Source: Lama glama
Taxonomy: Eukaryota
Assembly (NCBI GenBank): GCA_028534125.1
Contig: CM052816.1
Coordinates: forward strand, 59,832,001 to 59,896,000
Direction of reading: 5' to 3'
Length of the DNA: 64,000 bases
Positions 24,760-38,084 of the stretch are shown here, one piece after another (the stretch's first letter is position 1; every line of letters begins with the position of its first letter). Under the pieces are notes generated by a model. It was given only the letters and a program-made list of their open reading frames with translations, had not been told where the DNA came from and did not search any database. The position numbers were made by a program, and so were the translations under genes.

Positions 24760-25520
24760 TTCTCATAAAACCTCCCAATACTTGCTTGCCATATTTGAAT
24801 GCCTCTGTGTGCATTCTCTTTGACTTCTACAATATGTAACTTTTCATCTAAAAACTCTTCAACATTAACTTTCATGACATGATATTATTCTGAATCTTCC
24901 CCGGGTCTCTAACTGCTTTCCACTATTGTCAAGAACATAACATTCTCCTATCCCTTGGCTATGGCTATTACCCAAAGTTTAATTCCTGTTATTCTTGCTC
25001 TTCCTGCTTTCCTACAAAAAACTCGTCTACCATGGTTGAAGCCATTATACAAATACAGATAATTTCCAGATCTATATCTCAATTTCCCTAATATCCACAT
25101 ATTCTCAGTGTCATATCTCAAATTACATTCTATACAATCATTAGTCTAGTCAACATACTGAAAATTCAAATCATCCTTATCCTCAGTCCATCTCCCCTTC
25201 ATTATTTTGCTATACCTAATGACAGTACTACTATTGTACCAGTCACCAAACTTCACATTTTAAATTCACCTTCAACTGTTCCTTCTTTATCCTTTATTTT
25301 AAAGCATTCATAAATTATGATCAAATCTTGTGGACAATATCACTCTACTTTAGATCTTTAAAATCTTCCACTTATAAAAGTTCAATAGCTTTTTTTCAAT
25401 AGTTTTTCCTCCAACCTTCAAATTCCTCTCCTTGCAATGAATTTACAACTCTACTCCACCAGAATCAGATGGCTAAAACATTCTTTTCCCCAGATTACAC
25501 TTAAAATGGCTTCACACTGC
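24760..25520 (+). mobile_element. Degraded LINE2
   Basis: ctttcatgacatgatattattctgaatcttcc, tacagataatttccagatctatatctc, accagtcaccaaac. Confidence 0.5.
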
Positions 25521-26534
25521 CTGCTGGATTTCTGAATCTAAAAGGAGCTTTTAAGGAGTCAAAACGTGGCACAACAGGAAGCTTTTAGGATCCCATTACA
25601 GCAGAGGCCCAAGACTGTTAAGCATTTTGTATACAACACCTGCAGGAACCCAAGAGATAGTAGCAATTAATTACAGGTGTGACCAGACTGTTAGCTATAA
25701 GTAATAAAGGTGGAACATGATTTTCTCAATTTGTGTAGTTATTCAAGAAACACCATTTCTTGATTTCTGGCAAGTACATTATTAACAGAGTTGACCTTAG
25801 TAATAAATATTCAAGCAACCTTCCTTCCTCTGCAGAACTATAACTGCTAAATCAAGCTCTATATATTTGAACAAAATTGATGTTTCAAAGCCCACGTTCA
25901 GACACACCTTTTCTCTTGCCACTTTCAGTTCTGTTTTGATCCCCCTATTTCTTCCTAATGTAGTAAGTATAAAGTCTAATTTTTCTTCATTTTTGTCTTC
26001 AGTTTCCATGATATGATCTCCACAGACCAAACAAGCTGTGAAAAATCAGTAGAGAATACCTTTAATTGTGCATATATTAAAAGACCTGGGCTTAATTAAC
26101 AAAATATTAACCAAAGCCCTCAGTCCAGTCACGTCAGTTGCACTCTAAAGTGATGAAAAATAAGCTAATATGCTAATATGTCTAACATGAACATATATAC
26201 AAACAGCTTTTTCCACTTTGGACTGAGGTCTCAGCCTTTGATTAGATTAAATCAAAGAGATGAGCTCCCTTTGTTCCATTGTCAAGGATGGAGAGGTTGC
26301 TTCAAGGTTTTCTAAATTTGTTATCACGAGAATGTTCATGGCTTCTGATCTTGGAGTTCATCCTGATTTTACTGACTTTGTTTATATTTTCTAAATCATT
26401 CTCTTGCATTTTATAAATGGTAACAATTTTATACTAGTAACACAATTTAATTCCTAGGGCTGTTTCTAAGCTTACAAGTTAGTTTGTAGGGGATGGTAAC
26501 AGATTTCATTACAAGGATAGCCAATTTAGAATGA

Positions 26535-26910
26535 TGAGAATAATGAATTGGGATTTTAGAGTCCTGGGTCTTCCTCAGAGCTCTGTAAGAAATCAACATT
26601 GAGATTTAAACAATTTTTTTTTAACGTTCACAGAATTACTTGTGATATTTGATGAAATGCAAATTATGGAACTTGATTTCTGGAGGGTTTTTTGTTGTTG
26701 TTGTTAGTAGCTCTAGAATAGGGAACAGAAATCTGCATATTAAACAAGTTTTTCAGGAATTGAGACAATATTCTTCTAACTACACTTCGAGAATCACTGC
26801 CTTAGGCAAGTCAGCTTCTCTGGGCTTCATTTTCCACATCTGTGAAATGACAGAGCTGGATTAGATGATAGTTGGAGATATTGTCAGTTCTTAACATTTT
26901 ACGACTCAAT
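26535..26910 (+). mobile_element. MIR/MIR3 with an embedded MER5-like fragment (~26610-26800)
   Basis: ccttaggcaagtcagcttctctgggcttcattttccacatctgtgaaatga...ggattagatga; MER5-like gaaatctgcatattaaacaag...cttcgagaatcactg. Confidence 0.65.
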
Positions 26911-27169
26911 GAAAGTGCTTCCTATTTCTAGGAATATAGTCTTGATCAGTTCAACACAGGTGGCACTCAAGCAACTAAACCTCTCTTCTTTCACTCAGGT
27001 ACTGCTAGAGGAATATGTTTCCATTTCTATACCTACAATTATCTTTTTTGTATCCATATTACCTCAAAGGTAGCCTTTCATGACTAATCCCAGCATCTGC
27101 CTCCTGCAGAACTTGATAACAGAAAGAGGCACTAGAAACCATCAAATAAGGCTACCATCCCACAGTAAA

Positions 27170-27370
27170 ATTCCAAACAGCCTGTGCTTGTTGACTTCCA
27201 TTATCGGGAACTCAATATGCAAAACCTGGAAATATCTTTCTTCTCTTGAACGCAAGTCTTTCTCACTAGAGGTTCTGTCTGTATGCCCTGGTTCTGATCT
27301 ATGGTTCTATAGAATAAGTATAATTCCTCACCCATGTGGCAACCATCTGAACACTATAGTCTTTACTCCA
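27170..27370 (-). mobile_element. L3/CR1 LINE remnant
   Basis: ccctggttctgatctatgg...agaataagtataattcctcacccatgtggcaaccatctgaa resembles the antisense CR1 3' ORF end. Confidence 0.5.
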
Positions 27371-29565
27371 TATTCACGTTCATTCTTCTTATACATAGTT
27401 TGTGTTCAGTTGCCCTTCAATGGATCTCTCCTAAAGTGCGTGCCCAGCAGTGGTCTGGGCAGTGCCATTTATGGTAGGACTATGTACAACTAAGGGAAGG
27501 GGGACACACTTAAAACTCGTATCACAGAGAAAAGGGAATATCTCCCTAAGATACTGTTCAAGATTAGATACATATACTTACTTGCTTTTCTCCTGGAACA
27601 GCCCTAGAAAAAACTTGTATTACTCCTAAGGTCATACAGGCCTTCACCATCTCTGCAGACCAAAGCAGGGCAGCTGCTGTCTCAGCCTGCTCTTGACACT
27701 CACAGGAATTCCCCACCACAACCTTACCCCTGCCCTTACCCTGCAGCTCTTCTTCCCTTCTCAGAGGCTTCCCTCTTACCAATGAGACAACAGAGGCTGT
27801 TAAACCCCAGTCAATGGAATTTTTTTTTAACCCAAGAGGAAATAGAAGTTGATCAATCAATTTTTCTTCTTCTTTCCATCATCACAGTAACCACTCCCAC
27901 AAGACAGCTGACAATAAAGAAAAATCTTCAGGGGAACAACAAGAAAGATTAGAACTGTTGTTTTAATGTGAACAATAGGAGACAGAAAGCAATGGAATGG
28001 CAGCCTTAAGGTGTTGAAAGGGGGAAAACAGCCAGACAGGTACTATATACCTAAAAAATACATATTCTTTAAACATAATGGCTAAAGAAAGACATTTTCA
28101 GACAAGAAAAGATGAGAATATTTGTTGCCAGCAGAACCATATTACAAGAAATACTAGATGAATTTCTTCAGGGTGAAAGGAAATTATCCCAGATGAAAGC
28201 ATGGAATTGCAGAAAGAGACAAACAGAACTGAAAAGAATAAATGTATAGGTAAATATAAATTTTTTTTACTTTACAAAAAAAAGAGTGTTTAAAGCAAAA
28301 ATAATCATATTTTGTGGAATTTATAGTATACATAAAAGTAAACTATATGAGAACAGAGCAAAAAGAGCAAGCAGGGCTGAGAGCTTCTTACATTATTTGC
28401 GAAGCAGTAAATTTCAGTTTCAGGTTTTATTAAGCTAAGCTTTAATATATAGCATAAACACTAAAAGGAAATAAAAAACTGTGTTAAAAAGCCAATGAAA
28501 TATATAAAATAGAAAAATAAACACACTTGAGTAATACCAAAGAAGTTATGAAAGAAGAAACAAAGCAACTAAACAAGATAGGAAAAAGAAAACAAAACAG
28601 TAGACCTAAATCCAAACATACTAGTAATTACATTAAACATCAGAGAAACAAGCATAAATACTCCAATTAAAGGATGGTGGTTATAGGAATAGAATTCTTT
28701 TTAATCCATGACTCAGTATGTGCCATTCACAAAGGACACACTTTCCATATAAGGATACAGATAGAAGTAAAGTAAAAGGATGGGAAAAGCTGTGCCATAA
28801 AGGCATTAACACTGAAAAGGGATATTTTGGATGAGAACAGGATCAATTCATTGGGAAGATGTGATGAGCCTAAATGTATATGCAGCTAGCATCACAGCTT
28901 AAAACATATGATGCAAAACTGACAGAACAAAGAGGAAAAATAGACTAATCTGCATTCATAATTGGAGATTTTCAGGTATCTCCCTCAGTCAGAGATAAAG
29001 CAAGATATTTAAAATAGCAATATATAGATGACTTGAAAACCTCTAATAACAAATGTGAACTAATTAGTATTCATATAATACTACTAATAAATGGAGAATA
29101 CACATACTTCCAAACATACATAAAATAGTAACAATGCAAAGCATATATGTATCCTTTAGGTAGATCTTTGTATCTTTCAAATGACTGATTCACTCAGAAT
29201 ACTTTTCCTAGCCAAAATGAAAATTAACTGGAACTCAGTAACAAAAAGTTAACTAGAAAGTCTTCAACATTTGGAGATTAACAACATAATTTTGAAAAGC
29301 CCACGGGTCACAGAAGAAATCACAATGAACATTAGAAAATATTTTGAAGTAAAAACAAAATACATAAAACTATACATTAAAAAGGGTGAATTTTGCTGTA
29401 TGTAAATTGTATCTCAATGAACTTGACTAAAATTTTTTTTAAATAATGAAAATACAACATACCAAATTTTGTGAAATGATGCTTAAGCAGTGCTCAGAGG
29501 AAAATGTAGTGAATTTAAATGTGTGTATTAGAAAATAATAAAGACTTAAAAATAATGATCTAAGT

Positions 29566-30002
29566 TTCAGGTGTACAGCAAAGTGATTCAATTATACGTA
29601 ACAATGGGGGAAGGTTATAGCTCAGTGGTAGAGTGTATGCTTAGCACTGGGTTCAATCCCCAGTACTTCAAATAAATAAATAAATAAACCTAATTACCTA
29701 CCCCCTAAAAAAAATTATACATGTACTTACATATATATATCTTTCTCAGATTCCTTTCCATTATGGTTATTACAAGATATTGAATATAGTTCCCTGTGCT
29801 ATACAGTAGGTCCTTGTTGTTTATCTGTTTTATATATATAGTAGTGTGTACATGTTAATCCCAAATTCCTAATTTATCCCTCCCCCAACCCTTTCCCCCT
29901 TGGTAACCATAGTTTGTTTTCTATGTCTGCAAGTCTATTTTCTGGTTGGTAAATAAGTTCATTTTTATTATTTTTTATAGTAAATTAACTATACTTCAAT
30001 TT
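29566..30002. mobile_element. 5'-inverted cetartiodactyl L1 3' end
   Basis: Antisense 3' UTR at 29566-29980, then sense terminus taaattaactatacttcaattt; TSD aaaaataatgatctaagt / aaaaatagtgacctaagt. Confidence 0.85.
29606..29714 (+). mobile_element. Camelid tRNA-derived SINE (Vic-1 type)
   Basis: gggggaaggttatagctcagtggtagag (A box), ctgggttcaatccccag (B box), (TAAA)n, cctaattacctaccccc and an A tail; flanked by aattatac on both sides. Confidence 0.85.
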
Positions 30003-30075
30003 AAAAATAGTGACCTAAGTAACTATCTCAGCTGTCCAATAAAAGAAAAAAGTATTATCAAAGAAGGAAGGAAAT

Positions 30076-30482
30076 TGTGTTGAACTGAGACATGCCATTC
30101 AGATCCCCGACCAAAATCAAAGAAGACAGACTGTCCCAGTTATCAGCAGACTCTAGCTGTCAGCTCCTTGAGGATTTGCAGAGAACCTCCTCACCCAAGG
30201 ACAAGTCCTTCTTGGGCAGCCCATATTCAGTGACTGATCACAGTGGAGGTATAAAATCCAGACATTTCCTACCAATGCCAGGACACTGCTGAAAGCCTAA
30301 CTACCCCTCCGGCTCTTCATAGGGTTGTCTGATATTTTCCAGGCTCCATCACAGTTAGATATTCATTCCCCACTGACCAATGAAGTTTCAGTCTCCTCCT
30401 TTCCATGGGAGCTAATCTCTAATAAAGACTCTGCATGCCAATATCCATTAGAAGGTTTGCTTTGAGAGACAGACTGTCAACA
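30076..30482 (+). mobile_element. LTR16-like ERVL solo LTR
   Basis: TG...CA ends (tgtgttg...gtcaaca), tataaaa box, aataaa signal, flanking gaaat/gaat; interrupts the L1. Confidence 0.65.
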
Positions 30483-30644
30483 GAATAATCAAAATGTAAG
30501 TAGAAATCAGTGAAAAAGAAAGGAGATCAAAAAACACAGGAAATCAACAAAACTAAAAATTGCTTCTTTGAAAGATCAAAAGCATTAATAAACGCCTAGC
30601 AAGGACTCATTAAGAAAAAAGAGCAAAACAAAACACTCAACAAA

Positions 30645-32235
30645 ACTATTTGACATTGATACAGTCAGGATATAGAACACTTCTATCACCACAAGAATCC
30701 CTCAAATCCTGCCCTTTTACAGCCACAACCACCTCCCTTTCCCCATCCCGACTCCAATTCCTAATTCCTGGAAATCACTAATCTAGTCTCTATTCTATGA
30801 TTTTATCTTTTTAAGAATATTACATAAATAAAATCACAGTATGATTGTTACTAGATTTTTTTCTCTCAGCATAATTCCCTGGAGATTCATACAGAATTCA
30901 TCACTGTGTCTATATCAATAATTCATTCCTTTTTATTGCTGAGTCATATTCCATGGTATGGGAAATACTAGTTTGTTTAACCATTTACCCATTGAAGGAT
31001 AGCTGCATTGTTTCCAGTTTTTTGCTGTTAGGAATATAGCTACTATGAACATTCATGCACAGATTTTTTTAAAACATAAGTCTTTTCTGGGACAAAAGCC
31101 TGAATATAACTGCTAAGTTACATGGTGGTTGCATGGTACTACGGACTGATTTGTGTCTTTCCAAAATTCATGTATTGAAGCCCTAACCCCCAATACCTCA
31201 GAATGTGACTGTATTTGGAAACAAGGCCTTTCAGGAGGTAATTAAGGTAAAATGAAGTCACATGGGTGGGCTTTAATCCATTATGACTGATGTTCTTCTA
31301 AGAGGCCTTCTAAGAGGAGATTAGGACACAAACAACCCACAGACTGAAGGGCGATCACGTGAGATCACATCAAGAAGGTGGCCATCTGCAAGCCAAGGAG
31401 AGAGGCCTCAAAAGAAGGCCTGATAACAGCTTGATTTTGGATTTCTACTCTCCAGAACTACCAGAAAATAAATTTGTTTATTTCTAAGCCACCCAATCTG
31501 TGGCATTTTTGTTATGGGAGCTGAAGCAAGATAATAAATATGGCTAGTTTTAAAAGAAATTGCCAAACTGTTCTCCTGAGTTGCTGTACCATTCCTACCA
31601 GCAGCATATGAGTGATCAGATTCTCTGTAACGCCTTTCAGCATTTGGTGTTGTCATTATTTTATTTTAGCTGCTCTGACAGATGCGTGGTGATATCTCAT
31701 TGCTGTTTTAACTTGTATTTCTTAAATAACTAATTATGTTAAACCTATTTTCATGTGCTTATTTTTCAACTATATATCCTATTCATAAAATAATCTCTCT
31801 TCAGGCAGAAATCCATTTTCTAATTAGATTTTTTCCTTGTTTTTCACTGTTAAATCTTTGAGAGTTCTCTACATATTCTATATTAGTCCTTTGTCAGATA
31901 TGTGATTCATAAATATTATTTCCCTGTTTGCTACTTGTCTTCTCATTCTCTTAACACGGTCTCTTGGAGAGTAAATTTTTTTTTAAATTTTGATAAGCTC
32001 CAATTTAACAATTTTTCTTTTTATAGATCATGCTTTTGGAGTCAAGTTTATAAACTCCTTGCTTAACCCCAGATCCCCAAAGACTCTTCTCCCATGTTTT
32101 TTTTTCTCTAAGTTTTATAGTTTTATTTTCCTTTTAACTACATGAACAATTCTGAGTTAATTTTTATATAAAGTATGAGGTTTAGATCAAGATTAATTTA
32201 TTGAAAAGGCAAGCCTTCCTCCACTGAATTGCATT
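30645..32235 (-). mobile_element. L1MC-like antisense 3' region
   Basis: ctctcagcataattccctggagattcat, tgctgagtcatattccatggtatg, gtcctttgtcagatatgtg, ttattgaaaagg. Confidence 0.85.
31137..31540 (+). mobile_element. MLT1A/B MaLR solo LTR nested in the L1MC
   Basis: caaaattcatgtattgaagccctaacccccaatacctcagaatgtgactgtatttgga...ggccatctgcaagccaaggagagaggcctca; flanks catgg/tatgg. Confidence 0.9.
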
Positions 32236-32829
32236 ATCAGATTCTGAATGGGATGTATGACTCAAAAAGGCTAAGAAGAATTATTTTACATAAAAGAGTC
32301 TCCATAAAAATGCCTAGGCTTTATTAAGGCAAAGGAAGCACACTGTGAATCTCTGTTTTATGTTCCTGCCTTCAAATAATGTACATGAGCCCTCTTCTAT
32401 CCTCCTTAGCTGAAGAGCATGTTCTAAGATCCAAAGTTTTCTTTGATGATACACATAAGGTTCCTGACACTCTTATTCTGCTCTAATTCATGAATATATT
32501 TGTGAGGGATCGATGTTTATTCGACTTGTCTGAATTCCTGTGTTAAACCTCTGACGTATCTAAACCCAAGGAAACAGCCCAATGACTTAAGACCAGGCTA
32601 CCTCTTTGGAATACAGTGTTCTGTCCACTGGACCAACAGACTTTCCCAGTGTGGATTCCAACCTCCCCTGGACATTCTGCACTTGGTTCATCCACAGTCT
32701 TGTGAAACTATGAGTACTTACATGGCTGGTCTTTCTTTCCCTGGAATTGGTACCATTAGGTCACTTGGCAGAGGGGAAGAACGTGAACAGAATAACTGAT
32801 CACAGAATACAGAGTGAGGGAGTCTTTAG

Positions 32830-33197
32830 CTCTGTATACCAAACAACTGTTCTCTTCCTGGGCACATGAATTGTGCTACCTTACCCTTTGGAGTTCAGAA
32901 AACCATGTGACTTGCTTTGACCAACAAAATGTAAGCTGCAGTTAATGTGTTCTGTTTCACTGAACCCTTTAAGTACTCACATGCCATTGCCTCCCTGTAC
33001 AGATGAGTGATGCTCAGATGGTGGAGACTCTATCAGCCTGAAAACCTAAGTGAAAATGATATGAAACAGAGCCCTAGCAACACAAATGGCCATGAAGCAT
33101 GCATGAGAAATAAACTCTGTTGTTTTCAATCACTAAAATTTTTTTTTGATTTTTGCTTTTTACCACTGCATAATTGCATCCATCCTTATGGATACAG
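32830..33197 (+). mobile_element. Old MLT1 (H/I/J-like) LTR
   Basis: ccatgtgacttgctttgaccaa, cagatggtggagactctatcagcctg, catgagaaataaactctgttgttt. Confidence 0.7.
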
Positions 33198-35274
33198 TGC
33201 TGGTAGGATTATCTGTTTATTTAGTTGTTAAAATTAATCAAATGGAAATTGAAATCTAAATTAATCTGTATATCCTTGTAAGTCTATTCATAGAAATAAA
33301 TTTGCTAGTTGAAAAAAAGTTATGGTCATACCATGTTTCTTAAATAGAGTTTTGAAAACAGTTTCCACATGTAGATTAGTGACAGCATTCTATGGGCTAA
33401 GATACAAGCACACCAAAATCTATTACTGGCACTGAGTCAATACTTAATATTTTTTGAATAACTACAATCCACATGAGGGAGATGAAGCGATTAAACAGCA
33501 AAACGCTGAGCAGAAATAGCTAAGTAAATATTTCAACTGTTTGACAATAGCTTAACAACAAATAATTTAACAAAATTTTGTAGCTACCGAGCAAAACACT
33601 GGACGGATTAAAAGCAAAACTAAAAACAAACAAAGAAAACGAAACCTTTTGCACTTTAGTTTGTGGGTGAGGCAGATAGTAAAGAGATTCAACAGAAGAG
33701 AAGTACCCCAGGTTCTATGGGAGCACAAGGGAGGGGTAATGTCATGGTTTGTACCAAGCATGTACATCATGGTGAAAATCCATTTTCAGCTCATGCACCC
33801 ACTGGAAAATTATGCTCTTGTTTAACCAGAGCAAAATTTAATCCAGAATGCATTAAGGCAGAACCCAGGAGAAGCCAGCCAGAGAACACAGTGTACTCAG
33901 AGTAAAGAGCCAGAGAAGTGCAGGGTCCCATAGCAAAGACAAGAAGTCACACCACACTGGGAAGCAATTAGAGACAGGCGGTTCGGGAGCTCACTGAGAG
34001 CAGCCAAATCTCCCCAGCAATGGAACTAGTGGTGCCTGAATCTGCTTAAAGTGATCTTTGAGAGCTGTACAGGCAGAGAGAGCCTCTCTGTAACTCCAGG
34101 GACTGCACGGGAGAAAAGGGTTCACACAGGACAAAAAGCAAATCGTGGACTCTGCAAAGCAGGAGGCACCCAGATTGGGGATATAATTGAGACAATTTTT
34201 TTAAAGATGTACGAGACTGAGTTTTTTCAGCAATTCTTTAGTGAGAATGAAATGTATACTCATAGAAGTCCTTGCTCTCTGTGTGTATCTATATATTTAT
34301 CTGTATCTACAGATATTTGTTATGTTTAAGTTTACAGTCAGGTCTAGAGTTCTCATTAGTCTGTGGGTTTATTTATCATCACCTAATCCTACTTTCATCT
34401 TCATTAACGCCTGAATTGAAGAACCATTCTAGGAAATGTAGAGATGGTTTGGGTTGAACTGACTTGAATATTACCCTGTTGTCAAAATGAGTTAAGTAGC
34501 ATCCTCTTCAAAGTGGTATTTTGACAAGACTGTTTCTGCATACTACACTTAAGGAAAAATGATGCAATTGGGAGATTAAGTTTAAAAAAAACAAGGTCAA
34601 AGGATTTGGGGGTCAAAGTCTATTAAAATAAAGCCATAACATTCCTCTTCCTCACCATTACATGCCAAATCATAATTTTCTGTTTTCTAAAACGTGAACT
34701 TTAAGCAAGTCTATGTGCTCTGACCCAGAAATTCCACCTCTAGAATCTAACCCTATGAAATGATTTAAGATACACAAGGAGACTTATTAGCAAAATATAT
34801 TAATTGCAAAATCACTAATTTTGAGGTGATAATAAAATTTTAAATGTTTATCAATATTAATGAGAAATGAAGCTAAATTAAATTTTTTTCTAAATTGGGA
34901 AGAAAAGAATAGTATATAAGTCTGAGTAGTAATCTCACATTAAGAAATGTAAAACTATGATCAGCTCAGCTTAAATGCCAAGGAAACTTTTGACCCTTGT
35001 CTAGTTCTTAATAGACTACATAGTGTTGGAACTATTTTAATCCCAGACCTCAAAGTGCAAGCCTGGATTACCTTAGAATTCACCTCTTCCCTCCTTCCTC
35101 CTCCTAAAAATGAATACTCTCAAAGTTGAGAATTTCAGGAGTTGAGTCATTTTTGTGGTTTTGTCTCTTTGCCTGCTTCTAAGAATGGGACACAAAATGC
35201 ACTTTGTGAAGTCAGACTTTGAACCAGGACTTAATTATCATGCTGGGAATTAATCTTAGTGGGTGATTTCCCTC

Positions 35275-35620
35275 ATTAAGCAAATCATCAAGTAAGTATT
35301 TTATTAAGTCAAGATTATCTATTTAACACTATACTGGGGCTACAAGGCTATAGAAGCTGTGTGCATTAGAGATGGGCCTGGCCTCAGCTTGCTTGCTTTC
35401 CAGCTGACTAGATACCCACAAAAATGAACCAGGAGTAAACAGCACAGGATGAAAGGGAAGAGCTAAGTCAGCACGTGGAGTCTAGGTGCCATTAACACTG
35501 GTAGAAATTCAAGAAGGACCACAGTGACAAGGGAGAACTTAATGGGGAAGTGAACTTGGAGTAGCCCTTGAAGGATAAATAGGATTTGTATAAGGAGAGT
35601 GTAGGGAATTCTAGGAGTGT
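35275..35620 (-). mobile_element. LINE2 remnant
   Basis: caagtaagtattttattaag ... gcccttgaaggataaataggattt. Confidence 0.5.
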
Positions 35621-36364
35621 AGCACAATATGAAGGAAAGAATGACAGCAGGGGTGACCTGGTTTTAGATTCAAGGGATTTGACATAGAGGGAAGTAAAGG
35701 AAAACGAAGGTGGAAAAGTTCTTGGGAAAGAAAGAGAAATAAGTCCCCTTTGGATAAAAAAAAAGAAAAAAAAAGGAGGAGGAGAAGAAAAGAAGAAAGG
35801 TATATTTTGGCTTTTGTGTACATATACTTGAGAGATATTTTTCCTAAAATTTGAAAGGTAAAATTGCTTTAAATATTAACAACAGTCTTGAAAAATCTAG
35901 ACTTAAACATGTTCTTTGTGAATAATTATATACAATAAAAAGCAACAACAAATAGAGTTTTCTCCATCAAAAGAGGGTGACAGTTAGAGACCAAGTGCCC
36001 AAGCCATAATTTCTAGGTACTTTCTGAATCCTTCTCAGTCGTCCCCAAACAATAATGGTGACCAAGCTGGCTGTCCACACCCTCCAGCAGCCTCAGCATT
36101 CCTAATGTCCAGCCCAGGTCCTGTTAACAAAAGCTCTTTCATCTCTGCTTCTACAACACCTTTCCCATCCACTGCTCAGCTCCTCCATGCCATCCCTTTC
36201 CTTTGTACCAAGAAAGATCTATTTTATGTATTTACTACTACATTTCAGTTACCATATATGTTAAAATCCCCTGAGGTATGCATGGAGAAGAGAGAGAACG
36301 GATAAATAGAACAGGCGGATGAATATGGATTGGCAAAAAGCCAGGTCCATTGTGAACATGAGGA

Positions 36365-36720
36365 AATTCAACCTCTGCTCTCAAGGAGTGTACTATCCAT
36401 CAGGAACCAGGTATGCAAAGCAGTATAATGTACAACAGCGTCAACGTAGAGATACACAATGCATATTCAAGTACAGCTGAAGGAGCACCCATGTCTGCCA
36501 GAGGAAGACGGAAAAAGCCTCAAAGAACCATTGGAGACAAAACTGAAAGAACAGATGGCAATTCTTCAGACAGTCTGGGGCGAGGCATTCCAGACACAGA
36601 AGCATCAGAAAATATAACACATTTGAGAACCTACAGAGAGTCAAACATTGCTGAGAGGACAGTTAAAGGAAGACAGGTGGGAAATGAAGCCTGTTAGGTA
36701 AGCAGCGGCCACCTCAAGTG
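36365..36720 (-). mobile_element. LINE2 remnant
   Basis: ctctgctctcaaggag, ggcattccagacacagaag, gggaaatgaagcctg. Confidence 0.5.
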
Positions 36721-37199
36721 TGATCAGGTAGCAAAAGTCATAATGGCAGAATACGCTCCAGAAAAAACTGAACAATACTCAGTTCAATCATACAGACAAA
36801 GCATGCTTCATTTTCTGTTCTCTTTAAACAGCCTATTTTATTTCCTATTCATATTTATGTATTTTTAATTTTGTTTTAATGTGTACTAAGTAGTGACCAT
36901 ATGAAAAGACTATTTAAAATATGGGTATGGTATAACAACAATACAAATTACCTTCTTACCTACTTACCTTCTATAAGGAAAGGAATGTTAATATCGTCTC
37001 TAAAGTCCTTCCCAGGGCCAGGTCTTTGCCTTCTTGCTCAGAAGTAACCATTAAAGAGCTGAGCCCAGGCTGGGTTCTGTTCCTTCCACTCCTTCCCTCC
37101 CCAGGGATATTTAATCGACTCTTTCCTTCCCATCTTAATCCCATTTTCTGGACATAAAAATAAATGCTTTTTTTTTTCAAACAGGAAGGGACGTCACAG

Positions 37200-37320
37200 A
37201 TTTTCTATTTTAATATCTTTATTTTACATTAGAAAGCTAAGGCACAGGCAAGTAATATCCTCTTGTTAATTAGTGCTAAATTCAGAACTAGCACCTAGAG
37301 CTCCAAATTCCAATTCTAGT
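37200..37320 (-). mobile_element. MIR fragment
   Basis: tattttacattagaaagctaaggcacag...ttagtgctaaattcagaactagcacctag. Confidence 0.55.
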
Positions 37321-38084
37321 TTGAGTAGGAAAACTCAGCCTGATTTTGCCTCTAGTTTAGTTCCTAACCCACTTTGCATGAAGCAGTTATCCCCTTATGA
37401 TACCCTCACTTCCCTGCAATTTTGTAGTTTGAATCACAGGTTAAAGAGCCAGAAGGAGATGATAAGAGAAAATAGCACCGTAAATTGCTATTCTTGTATA
37501 GTTGGGTAACTTTAGGAGAGGTATTATAATAAATTACATCTTCTCCATCACTGCTGTAATATTTATTTTGAAGGCTTGAGGGTATATAGTTCCCTCAGGT
37601 TAAATGGACTAATTATCAATAGTCTGAGCCAAGAGGTGTGTCCAATTAAAGTTTGAGTCACTAGGAGCTTCAATTGAAAATTCAAGAATCCTGTTGGCTA
37701 TACATCAAAGATGCCATTTCAAGAGACACTAAAATGGGAAAAATTAAAACTTTTTTTTGTCCTTGCTAAAGAACCAAAAATTACTTCAAGAATTAAAACA
37801 TCATAAACAAGTACCATGGGGCTCTGCTCTCACATGCTGGGCACAAACCTCAGAAGTGTTTGAATTTTGTCTACAGATGTCTATTTACAGACTCATTAGG
37901 GAAGATGGCTTTTGAAAGGCTTTGCTTCCTAGGTATGAAAATCGTTATTCAGCTAGTAACTTCCAAGCATCAAATCATTAGCTATTCTTCCCTCTTCTGG
38001 GTCTTATCTTTTCATCCTTTAGAATAAAACAACAATAAGGCCATTTAATTATTGAGCACTGGAACAGGCAGAGGACACCAAAGA

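Larger units (their letters stand above)
27905..30640 (+). mobile_element. Old L1M (ORF1 end, ORF2 endonuclease region) hosting several later insertions
   Basis: aaagacattttcagacaag, gccagcagaaccatattacaagaaatact, ataattggagattttca, cacgggtcacagaagaaatcaca, aaatcaacaaaactaaaaattgcttctttgaaagatcaa. Confidence 0.85.

Noticed and set aside
29606..29670. tRNA gene
   Set aside because: The anticodon arm is incomplete, and it has a SINE tail and TSD, so it is a tRNA-derived SINE.
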